Source: Candidatus Limivicinus sp.
Lineage (GTDB): Bacteria > Bacillota > Clostridia > Oscillospirales > Oscillospiraceae
Length of the DNA: 64,000 nt
Direction: 5' to 3'
Assembly: GCA_045546335.1 (NCBI GenBank)
Contig: JAZQCO010000084.1
Span: forward strand, 564 to 64,563
The position numbers and the translations under genes are program-made. This document shows, one piece after another, positions 1-7,160 of this stretch (positions are counted from its first letter, which is position 1; every line of letters begins with the position of its first letter). The notes below the pieces were generated by a model. It ran no database searches. It was not told the DNA's origin and was given only the letters and a program-made list of their open reading frames with translations.

Positions 1-41
1 TATTCTAAACCATTTTTCTGAAAAGGTAAAGTGTTTTCTTT

Positions 42-1205
42 ATGATTCTGGGAACGGTGTGTGAATTTAATCCCCTGCACCGCGGGCACGCGCATCTGCT
101 GGCGGAGAGCCGCCGGGCGGCGGGGGAGGAGAGCGTGTTCGTGTGCGTCATGTCGGGCGACTATGTGCAGCGCGGCGAGGCCGCCTATTGGCCGAAGCAT
201 CTGCGCGCCGAGGCGGCGTGCCGCGCCGGGGCGGATCTCGTCGTCGAGCTGCCCCTGCCCTGGGCGCTCAGCTCGGCGGAGGGCTTCGCGCGCGGCGGCG
301 TGGGGCTGCTCGCCGCTCTCGGGGTCGAGCGGCTGTGCTTTGGCAGTGAGAGCGGCGACACGGCGGCGCTTGAGACGCTGGCGGAGACGGTGTCCGACCC
401 GGCGTTCACCGAGGCGGTCAAGGTGCGGCTCAAGGCGGAGGGGGCGCTCTCCTTCGCTGCTGCACGGGAGAGGGAGGCTGCGGCGCGCCTCGGCGAGAGC
501 GCGGCGCTGCTGCACAGCCCGAACGACATCCTCGCCGTCGAATACTGCAAGGCGATCCGGCAGGGCGGCTATGCGATGGCGCCCTTCGCGGTGCGCCGCG
601 TCGGGAGCGGACACGATCAGGCGGGGGACTCCGCCTCGGCGCTGCGCTCGCGCTATGCGGCGGGGGAGAGCCTTGCGGGCTTCCTGCCGGCGGAGGCGGC
701 GGCGCTCTTCGCCGCCGCGCCGCGCCGGGACGCGCGGCTTTTCGAGGCGGCGCTGCTCTCGCGGCTGCGCCTGCTGGACGAGGCGGCGTTTTGCGCCCTG
801 CCCGACGCGGCGGACGGCCTCGGAGAGCGCCTGTATGGCGCGGTGCGCGCGGAGGGGAGCCTCAAAGCCATCCACGCCGCCGCGCAGACGCGGCGCTATC
901 CGCTCGCGCGCGTGCGGCGGCTGTGCCTTGCGGCCTGCCTCGGCCTGCGCGCGGGGATGGCGGACGGCACGCCGCCCTTCGCCCGCGTCCTCGCGGCAAA
1001 CGCGCGCGGACGCGCCCTGCTGCGTCAGCGCGCCGGGGCGTTCCCGATCCTGACAAAGCCCGCCGCCGTGCGCTCGCTCGGCAGAGAGGCGCAGGCGCTC
1101 TTCACCCTCGGGGCGGACGCGCACGATCTCTACGTCCTCGCCTATCCGGACGCGGCGCGGAAAATACCCGGCGAGGACTGGCGAACAGGCCCCGTGATCG
1201 TATAA
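42..1205 (+). CDS. tmcAL: TmcAL-like nucleotidyltransferase (tRNA(Met) cytidine acetate ligase, YlbM/UPF0348 family)
   Basis: 387-aa ORF. N-terminal CEFNPLHRGH (HxGH nucleotidyltransferase signature), then MSGDYVQRGE and NDILAVEYCKAI blocks typical of YlbM/TmcAL proteins. Confidence 0.7.
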   Translation: MILGTVCEFNPLHRGHAHLLAESRRAAGEESVFVCVMSGDYVQRGEAAYWPKHLRAEAACRAGADLVVELPLPWALSSAEGFARGGVGLLAALGVERLCFGSESGDTAALETLAETVSDPAFTEAVKVRLKAEGALSFAAAREREAAARLGESAALLHSPNDILAVEYCKAIRQGGYAMAPFAVRRVGSGHDQAGDSASALRSRYAAGESLAGFLPAEAAALFAAAPRRDARLFEAALLSRLRLLDEAAFCALPDAADGLGERLYGAVRAEGSLKAIHAAAQTRRYPLARVRRLCLAACLGLRAGMADGTPPFARVLAANARGRALLRQRAGAFPILTKPAAVRSLGREAQALFTLGADAHDLYVLAYPDAARKIPGEDWRTGPVIV

Positions 1206-1274
1206 GAATGCGTGTTGAGAAATCCCGAAGAGTGTGCTATACTGATATGAACAAAAATTTCGTGGAGAGAGCCT

Positions 1275-2345
1275 ATGTTTGAATCGCTCAGGAGCGTGCA
1301 AAACCAATACGACGAGCTCTGCGCGCGGATGCAGGAGCCGGAGACCTACGTCGACCCCAAGCGCTACGCCGCCTGTGAGCGCGAGGCGCGGCAGCTCCAG
1401 CCGCTGGCGGAGGCGTATGCCGCCTGGCTGAAGGCGGGGGACGAGCTCGCGGAGGCGGAGGCGCTGCTGGACGATCCCGAATTCCGGGAGCTTGCACAGG
1501 AGGAGCTGCGCGCCGCGCGAGGCGAGCGCGAGCGGCTGGAGGAGACGATCAAGCTGCTTCTGCTGCCCAGAGACCCCAATGACAGCAAAAACGTCATTGT
1601 GGAGATCCGCGGCGGCGTGGGCGGGGAGGAGAGCATGCTCTTCGCGGCCGACCTCTACCGGATGTACGCCATGTACGCCGAGCGGCACGGCTGGCGCGTC
1701 GAGATCGCAAACCTCAGCGAGACGGAGCTGGGCGGCATCAAGGAGGTCAGCTTCGTGATCGAGGGCGAGGGCGCGTGGTCGCGCCTCAAGTTCGAGGCGG
1801 GCGGTCACCAGGTCAAGCGCGTCCCGAAGACCGAATCCAGCGGCAGGATACACACCTCCATGGCGACCGTGGCGGTGCTGCCCGAGGTGGAGGAGGTGGA
1901 CTTCCGGCTCAACATGGACGAAGTGCGCATCGACACCTACCGCTCCTCCGGCGCGGGCGGGCAGCACGTCAACAAGACCGAGAGCGCCATCCGCGTCACC
2001 CACATTCCGACGGGGCTGGTGGTGGAGTGTCAGGACGAGCGCAGCCAGTATAAGAACAAGGATCGCGCCCTGCAGATCCTCCGCTCCAAGCTCTACGAGC
2101 AGGAGCAGGCGCGGCAGAGTGCCGCCGTCGCCGCCGAACGCAAGAGCCAGATCGGCTCGGGCGACCGCAGCGGCAAGGTGCGCACCTACCGCTATCAGGA
2201 GAAGATCGTGGTCGATCACCGCCTGGAGGGCGAGAGCAAGACCTTTCCCCTCCTCGCCGTGCTCGACGGGGATCTCGACGCGCTGCTCGACGCGCTCATC
2301 ACCGCCGATCAGGCGGAAAAACTGAGAAACCAGGCGAAAGCATGA
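1275..2345 (+). CDS. prfA: peptide chain release factor 1
   Basis: 356-aa ORF with a GGAGAG RBS. RVPKTESSGRIHTS (PxT tripeptide region of RF1) and SGAGGQHVNKTESAIRVTHIPTG (GGQ motif). Confidence 0.95.
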   Translation: MFESLRSVQNQYDELCARMQEPETYVDPKRYAACEREARQLQPLAEAYAAWLKAGDELAEAEALLDDPEFRELAQEELRAARGERERLEETIKLLLLPRDPNDSKNVIVEIRGGVGGEESMLFAADLYRMYAMYAERHGWRVEIANLSETELGGIKEVSFVIEGEGAWSRLKFEAGGHQVKRVPKTESSGRIHTSMATVAVLPEVEEVDFRLNMDEVRIDTYRSSGAGGQHVNKTESAIRVTHIPTGLVVECQDERSQYKNKDRALQILRSKLYEQEQARQSAAVAAERKSQIGSGDRSGKVRTYRYQEKIVVDHRLEGESKTFPLLAVLDGDLDALLDALITADQAEKLRNQAKA

Positions 2346-3547
2346 AGACACTGTGGATCAGGGAGAATATCGAAGACGCCGCCGCGCTGCTGCGCGAGGG
2401 CGCGCTTGTCGCGGTGCCGACCGAGACGGTCTACGGCCTTGCGGGAAACGGCCTCAACGAACAGGCAGTGCGGGAGATCTATGAGGTGAAGGGGAGACCC
2501 GCAGTGAAGCCCCTTTCGCTGATGGTGCCTGACGCGGAGGCGATGGCGCGCTACTGCGAGGACATCCCGCCCCAGGCGTACACGCTCGCCGCGCGCTTCT
2601 GGCCGGGACCGCTGACCCTCGTGATGAAGGCGAAGGACGCGGTGCCCGCGCTCGTGCGCGCGGGCGGGGCGACCGTGGGGCTAAGGTGCCCCGATCACCC
2701 GCTGACGCTCGCGCTGCTCAAGGCGGCGGGCGTACCCTTTGCCGCCCCCTCGGCGAACCCCTCCGGCGCGGAGAGCCCGAAGGACGCCGAGACGGTGCGC
2801 GGCTACTTTGACGGCAAAATCGCCGCCATCGTGGACGGCGGCCCCTGCGGCCTCGGGCGCGAGAGCACGCTGCTCGATCTCAGCCGCACGCCCTACCGCG
2901 TGCTGCGTCAGGGGGCGCTTGCGGAGGAGGAGATCGCCGAGGCGCTGGCCGAGGCGATGACCGTCGTCGGCATCACGGGGCCGAGCGGCGCGGGCAAGAC
3001 CACCGCCCTCGCGGAGATCGAAGCGCGCGGCGGCCTTGTGCTCGACTGCGACGCGATCTATCACGAGCTGCTCGAACGGGACGAGGGGCTGCTGCGCGAG
3101 CTGGACGCGGCCTTCCCCGGCACGGTGAAGGCGGGGCGGCTTGAGAGAAGGGCGCTCGCCGCGCGTGTCTTCTCCGACCCGGCGGCGCTCGCGGCGCTCA
3201 ACGCCCTCACGCACCGCTGCGTCGGCGCGGAGGTCGCGCGGCGGCTGCGGGACTTCGCCATGGCGGGCGGGCGGCTTGCCGCCATCGACGCGATCGCCCT
3301 GATCGAGAGCGGCCTTGCCGCGCGCTGCCGCGCGACCATCGCCGTGCTCGCCCCGCGCGAGATGCGCCTTGCGCGCATCATGGCGCGCGACGGGCTTGAC
3401 CGCGCCGCCGCCGAGAGGCGCGTGGACGCGCAGAAGAGCGATGCGTTTTTCCGCGAACACTGTACCTACAGCCTGGAGAATACCGGCGAGAGCGCCGCGT
3501 TCCTCCGGGAGATAAAGAACATATTGAAGGAGTTATACCATGACTGA
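2342..3547 (+). CDS. fusion protein: TsaC/YrdC-type L-threonylcarbamoyladenylate synthase (N-terminal) plus dephospho-CoA kinase CoaE (C-terminal)
   Basis: 401-aa ORF whose ATGA overlaps the prfA stop. Residues 1 to about 205 carry VAVPTETVYGLAGN and FAAPSANPSG (YrdC/Sua5 domain). From about residue 207 come VVGITGPSGAGKTT (P-loop), DCDAIYHELL and the rest of a CoaE-like domain. No stop codon separates the halves. Confidence 0.8.
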   Translation: MKTLWIRENIEDAAALLREGALVAVPTETVYGLAGNGLNEQAVREIYEVKGRPAVKPLSLMVPDAEAMARYCEDIPPQAYTLAARFWPGPLTLVMKAKDAVPALVRAGGATVGLRCPDHPLTLALLKAAGVPFAAPSANPSGAESPKDAETVRGYFDGKIAAIVDGGPCGLGRESTLLDLSRTPYRVLRQGALAEEEIAEALAEAMTVVGITGPSGAGKTTALAEIEARGGLVLDCDAIYHELLERDEGLLRELDAAFPGTVKAGRLERRALAARVFSDPAALAALNALTHRCVGAEVARRLRDFAMAGGRLAAIDAIALIESGLAARCRATIAVLAPREMRLARIMARDGLDRAAAERRVDAQKSDAFFREHCTYSLENTGESAAFLREIKNILKELYHD

Positions 3548-4925
3548 ACTGCGTGACACCCTGTTTTCCGAACGAAAGAACGGCTATGACCGCATCTCCC
3601 TGGAGGAGCGTGTGGAGAGCGAGCGCTACTGCAAGAACTATATGGAGTTTCTCGACCGCGCCCGCACCGAACGCGAGGCGGCTGCCCTGACCGCAGAGCT
3701 CGCCGAGGCTCGCGGCTTTGTGCCCTATGTGCCGGGGATGGCGCTCAAGGCGGGGGACAAGGTTTATACTGTCAACCGGGGCAAGTCCGTGATGCTCGCG
3801 GTGATCGGCAAGAAGCCCCTCAGCGAGGGCGCGCTGATCGCCGGGGCGCATATCGACTCCCCGCGCCTCGACCTCAAGCCCAATCCGCTCTATGAACAGG
3901 ACGAGCTGGCCTTCCTCAAGACGCATTACTACGGCGGCATCAAGAAATATCAGTGGCTCGCGACCCCGCTGGAGCTGCACGGCGTCGTCGTGCTCAAGAG
4001 CGGCGAGACCGTGCCTATCGCCATCGGCCGCGAAAAGGACGAGCCGCGCTTCGTCATCACCGACCTGCTGCCGCACCTGGCGCAGGAGCAGATGAAGAAG
4101 ACGCTCTCCGAGGCCGTCACCGGCGAGGGGCTGACGATCCTGATCGGCTCGGCGCCCTACGCCGACGAGGGCAAGGATCGTGTGAAGCTCGCGGTGCTGA
4201 GCATCCTCAACGATCTCTACGGCATGACCGAGAGCGACTTCCTCTCGGCGGAGCTGAGCGCGGTGCCCGCCGTCGATGTCTGCGAGGTCGGCATCGACCG
4301 CTCGATGATCGGCGGCTACGGGCAGGACGACCGCGTCTGCGCCTTCGCGGAGCTACAGGCGCTCTTCGATGTCGAAGCGCCCGAGAGAACCTGCGTGTGC
4401 CTCTTCGCGGACAAGGAGGAGATCGGCTCCGAGGGCGTGACGGGGATGCAGAGCGCCGCCTTTGACACCTTCATGGAGGATCTGTGCGAGGCGCAGGGCG
4501 TGAAGCTGCGCCGCTGCTTTGAAAAAAGTATCTGCCTCTCGGCGGACGTGACCACCGCCTTCGACCCCCTCTATCCCGAGGTGTTCGAGAAGCGCAACGA
4601 GGCGCTTCTCAACTACGGCGTGGGCGTTTGCAAGTACACCGGCTCGCGCGGCAAGTACAGCACGAGCGACGCCTCGGCGGAGCTGGTCGGCTGGCTGCGC
4701 CGCGTGCTCGACGAGGCCGGGGTCGTCTGGCAGCTCACCGAGATCGGCAAGGTCGATCAGGGCGGCGGCGGCACCATCGCGCGCTTCATGGCCACGCGCA
4801 ATATCGACACCATCGACGCGGGCGTGCCGGTGCTGAGTATGCACGCGCCCTTCGAGGTCGTCGGCAAGCTCGACTGCTACATGACCTACCGCGCCATGCT
4901 CGCGGCCTATCAGGCGAAGGACTGA
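3540..4925 (+). CDS. M18-family aminopeptidase (aspartyl aminopeptidase-like)
   Basis: 461-aa ORF with an AAGGAG RBS. GAHIDSPRLDLKPNP, YGQDDRVCAF, ADKEEIGSEG and LSMHAPFE blocks typical of M18/M42 metalloaminopeptidases. Confidence 0.85.
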   Translation: MTELRDTLFSERKNGYDRISLEERVESERYCKNYMEFLDRARTEREAAALTAELAEARGFVPYVPGMALKAGDKVYTVNRGKSVMLAVIGKKPLSEGALIAGAHIDSPRLDLKPNPLYEQDELAFLKTHYYGGIKKYQWLATPLELHGVVVLKSGETVPIAIGREKDEPRFVITDLLPHLAQEQMKKTLSEAVTGEGLTILIGSAPYADEGKDRVKLAVLSILNDLYGMTESDFLSAELSAVPAVDVCEVGIDRSMIGGYGQDDRVCAFAELQALFDVEAPERTCVCLFADKEEIGSEGVTGMQSAAFDTFMEDLCEAQGVKLRRCFEKSICLSADVTTAFDPLYPEVFEKRNEALLNYGVGVCKYTGSRGKYSTSDASAELVGWLRRVLDEAGVVWQLTEIGKVDQGGGGTIARFMATRNIDTIDAGVPVLSMHAPFEVVGKLDCYMTYRAMLAAYQAKD

Positions 4926-4931
4926 GTACCT

Positions 4932-5933
4932 ATGAGACGGAAGCTGAGTTTCGGCGGCGTGCTGCTGCGTATCCTCGCGGCGCTGCTGGCGCTGGTGCTG
5001 CTCGCGGCGGCGGTCTTCTTCGGCGTGCCGCTGCTTGAGCGCGGCGATACGCGCGCCGTCCCCGGTTCGGCGGACTGGATGGCGGAGCTCGACGATGCCC
5101 TGCCGCTCAACCGCATTACTCTGCCCGGCACCCACGACAGCGCCACGCAGTACTGCCAGCTCGCCTTTTTCTCCAAGTGCCAGGGGCTCTCGATCACCCG
5201 GCAGCTTGAGGCCGGGGCGCGCTATCTGGATATCCGCCTTGGGGTGGATGAACATAACGGCATTTTCAAGCTGATGCACGGCTTTACAAGCTGCAAGCCC
5301 TCGGCGTTCTCGATGGACGCGCTGTACCTTGACGATATGCTGCGCGAGTGCTACGCCTTTGTGGTGCAGCACCCGACCGAGACGGTGCTCTTCGCCGTCA
5401 AGCAGGAGCACGGGGAGGAGAGCGTGGAGACGTTCGAGACGATGCTGGACGCCTATCTGCGTGAGCACCCGGACTTCTGGCTGCTCACCGACACGATCCC
5501 GACGCTCGGCGAGGCGCGCGGCAAGCTGGTGCTGCTGCGCCGCTATCCGGACGCGGCGGGACTTGGCGAGCGCGCGGGCATTCCGCTCGCGTGGGAGAGC
5601 CAGAGCGGGCACGATGACGTGAGCAGGAACGTCACGGCGGAGGAGCAGGGCGGCTTCACCCTCTGGGTACAGGATCGCTATGAGTACGCCATCGAGGACA
5701 AGTGGGCGGCCTTCCTGCTCGGTATGGCGGAGAGCCGCGAGCGGCGCGGCGAGGGCGATATCGCGCTGCACTTTCTGAGCACCAAGGGCACGGCGGCCTA
5801 CGGGCATCCCTACGCCTTCGCCCGCGCGCTCAACGCCAGAGTTTCGGAACAGGCGAGCTTTGACGGCTGGGTCGTGCTCGACTTTTTGAGCGCACCGCTC
5901 GCCGAGAGGATTTACGCGGTCAATTTCAGATAA
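4932..5933 (+). CDS. membrane-anchored PI-PLC X-domain (PLC-like phosphodiesterase) protein
   Basis: 333-aa ORF. N-terminal hydrophobic helix (LRILAALLALVLLAAAVFF), then ITLPGTHDSAT and GARYLDIRL, the catalytic-His region of bacterial PI-specific phospholipase C X domains. Confidence 0.7.
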   Translation: MRRKLSFGGVLLRILAALLALVLLAAAVFFGVPLLERGDTRAVPGSADWMAELDDALPLNRITLPGTHDSATQYCQLAFFSKCQGLSITRQLEAGARYLDIRLGVDEHNGIFKLMHGFTSCKPSAFSMDALYLDDMLRECYAFVVQHPTETVLFAVKQEHGEESVETFETMLDAYLREHPDFWLLTDTIPTLGEARGKLVLLRRYPDAAGLGERAGIPLAWESQSGHDDVSRNVTAEEQGGFTLWVQDRYEYAIEDKWAAFLLGMAESRERRGEGDIALHFLSTKGTAAYGHPYAFARALNARVSEQASFDGWVVLDFLSAPLAERIYAVNFR

Positions 5934-5958
5934 AATGACAAAAAGGAGAGGAATCACC

Positions 5959-6198
5959 ATGCTGAAAAAACTGCTGAGCAAGCTCAAGGAGCTCTTTAGC
6001 ACCCAGGCGAAGAAGAGACTGAAAAAGAAGCTCAAGAAAAAGCTGCGCCGTCTGCTGCGCAAGGTGCTGACCTGCGCGCTGCTGGCCTGCACGGCGTACC
6101 TGGCCTATGCCCACCGCCGTCTCATTCTCGCAAAGCTCCTCCACAAGCCCCTCCCGGCAGGCGAGTGCCCGCGCAAGCACCTGTTTTGCAAGAAATAA
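5959..6198 (+). CDS. small lysine-rich protein with a C-terminal hydrophobic segment (hypothetical)
   Basis: ATG at 5959 sits 7 nt after AAAGGAGAGG. The 79-aa product (MLKKLLSKLKEL...KKRLKKKLKKKLRRLLRK) has one hydrophobic stretch and is followed by a terminator hairpin. No recognised family. Confidence 0.35.
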   Translation: MLKKLLSKLKELFSTQAKKRLKKKLKKKLRRLLRKVLTCALLACTAYLAYAHRRLILAKLLHKPLPAGECPRKHLFCKK

Positions 6199-6204
6199 TA
6201 AGCA

Positions 6205-6230
6205 CAGGGGCGGATAACTATCCGCCCCTG
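6205..6230. terminator. GC hairpin shared by the convergent genes 5959..6198 (+) and 6235..6477 (-)
   Basis: CAGGGGCGGATA / TATCCGCCCCTG inverted repeat lying between two convergent stop codons. Confidence 0.6.
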
Positions 6231-6234
6231 AATG

Positions 6235-6477
6235 TTATTTGATTTCCTGTTCAAGCGCATCGAACTCCGGCGTGGAGAAGAACTCGCCCAGTGTGATCTC
6301 CAGCCCGTCACAGAGCTTTTTGATGGTCAGGATCTTCGGGTCGCTGCTTCTGCCGTAGAGGATGTTCTTCACGGAGGATGGCGGCAAGGCGCACAGTGTC
6401 GCGAGCTTGTTGATAGAGATATTCCTCTGCGCACACAGGAAGAGAATCCTGTTTTTGATGACTGTGATCGTGTCCAT
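6235..6477 (-). CDS. XRE-family helix-turn-helix transcriptional regulator
   Basis: 80-aa ORF. RILFLCAQRNISINKLATLCALPPSSVKNILYG is a classic HTH_3 (Cro/C1-type) segment. Confidence 0.8.
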   Translation of the reverse strand: MDTITVIKNRILFLCAQRNISINKLATLCALPPSSVKNILYGRSSDPKILTIKKLCDGLEITLGEFFSTPEFDALEQEIK

Positions 6478-6493
6478 ATCATCGCCGTCCTTT

Positions 6494-6568
6494 CTTTTGC
6501 AAGCATAAAAGAATCCGCTTGCAAAAGTAGGCTATCCATGCTACTATTTAGGCTATACATAGCCTAAA
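6494..6568. promoter_or_regulatory. two palindromes upstream of the XRE gene (candidate operators)
   Basis: CTTTTGCAAGC-N12-GCTTGCAAAAG at 6494..6527 and TTTAGGCTAT-ACA-TAGCCTAAA at 6547..6568, 17-90 nt upstream of the ATG at 6477. An extra TAGCCT half-site lies between them. Confidence 0.4.
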
Positions 6569-6599
6569 AAAGAAGGACGAGGATATGGACTATAGAAAA

Positions 6600-6830
6600 G
6601 ACCTGCTGCTGGCCTCGGCGGCTGCCCTTGGCTCCCCTGAAAGGGGAGCTGGCGCGGCGCGTTCCCCGCAAGCGCCGTGACTGAGGGGTCAGCCCCCCTC
6701 CGCCCCACGACTTTTCGCTGCGCGAAAAGTGCGCACTGGGGCACCTCCCCTTTCAGGGGAGGCATAAGAGTAGCGAAAAATTGCGGCTTCGTTGCAGCGA
6801 TCTCGCCGAGGGCGGCGTCCGCTACAAAAA
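6600..6830. repeat. cluster of short GC hairpins (CCCC-loop-GGGG type; intergenic repeat family C)
   Basis: GCTCCCC-TGAAA-GGGGAGC (6631..6649), GAGGGG..CCCCTC (6683..6700), CTTTTCGC-TGC-GCGAAAAG (6711..6729) and CCTCCCC-TTTCA-GGGGAGG (6744..6762). Related hairpins occur at 15254..15295 and 42578..42764. Confidence 0.5.
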
Positions 6831-6835
6831 ATACA

Positions 6836-6876
6836 CAAAAATACACCGTCTCCCCGAGGGGAAACGGTGTATTTTT
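6836..6876. terminator. bidirectional intrinsic terminator
   Basis: AAAAATACACCGTCTCCCC-GA-GGGGAAACGGTGTATTTTT: a stem of about 14 bp flanked by an A-run and a T-run, so a U-tract follows the hairpin on either strand. Confidence 0.75.
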
Positions 6877-7036
6877 CTAACCGGTTTTACAGCCAGCTTC
6901 GCTAGAAAATGCTAGGACGATGACTTTGTTGCCTGCTCAACGTCCGACTACCATGCCGCCGGGTGGCCCGCAAGTGAATTGTGCTTGCTCTACAGGTTAA
7001 GGTGCCGATTACACCGATGGGTGCCGCCCATCTCCT
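6836..7036 (-). ncRNA. candidate small non-coding RNA (unclassified), or an internal-promoter 3'-UTR transcript of the NSS gene
   Basis: Near-consensus sigma-A promoter (7043..7071, minus strand), about 200 nt without a credible ORF, then the strong terminator at 6836..6876. Ends are estimated from the promoter and the U-tract only. Confidence 0.35.
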
Positions 7037-7042
7037 GATTTA

Positions 7043-7071
7043 TATATACCACAGGATTGGAAGGATGTCAA
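7043..7071 (-). promoter_or_regulatory. sigma-A type promoter (TTGACA-17 nt-TATATA with an upstream TG)
   Basis: Minus strand reads TTGACAtccttccaatcctgtggTATATA. The -35 is a perfect match, the spacer is 17 nt, and there is an extended -10 TGg. Confidence 0.5.
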
Positions 7072-7160
7072 GCAGATTTTCGTCAAATCAGACAGATTTT
7101 TTTATCCGCCCTCATTGCAGTCTGTATAAATCACCGGAAATCAAGGGGACGGGATTCCGT

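Noticed and set aside
4353-6092. Long antisense or alternative-frame ORFs throughout the track. Examples are 4353..6092, 6981..8513, 8727..11042, 11065..13206, 14670..17180, 20083..21492, 24692..26272, 29880..31325, 34810..36723, 38440..40104, 53129..56107 and 60309..61727.
   Set aside because: Their translations are Arg/Ala/Gly/Pro-rich, low in complexity and lack motifs. Each lies opposite or out of frame with a gene that has clear family signatures and an RBS. This is the usual shadow-ORF effect in GC-rich DNA.
6553-6880. ORFs lying inside the repeat regions: 6553..6846, 6677..6880, 8522..9022, 17473..17688, 45239..45445, 50430..50762, 52760..53026, 52923..53381 and 42475..42834.
   Set aside because: They run through palindromic repeats and terminators, have no RBS, and their translations mirror the hairpin sequences. 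They are treated as artefacts of the repeat families.
6836-7036. tmRNA, SRP RNA, 6S RNA or RNase P RNA identity for the orphan transcript.
   Set aside because: I looked for a tag-peptide frame ending in Ala-Ala-stop and a tRNA-Ala-like 3' end with a GGGG 5' end. I also looked for the SRP helix-8 GGAAGCAGC motif and for long 5'/3' end pairing typical of 6S. None was convincing by eye. It is kept only as an unclassified candidate.
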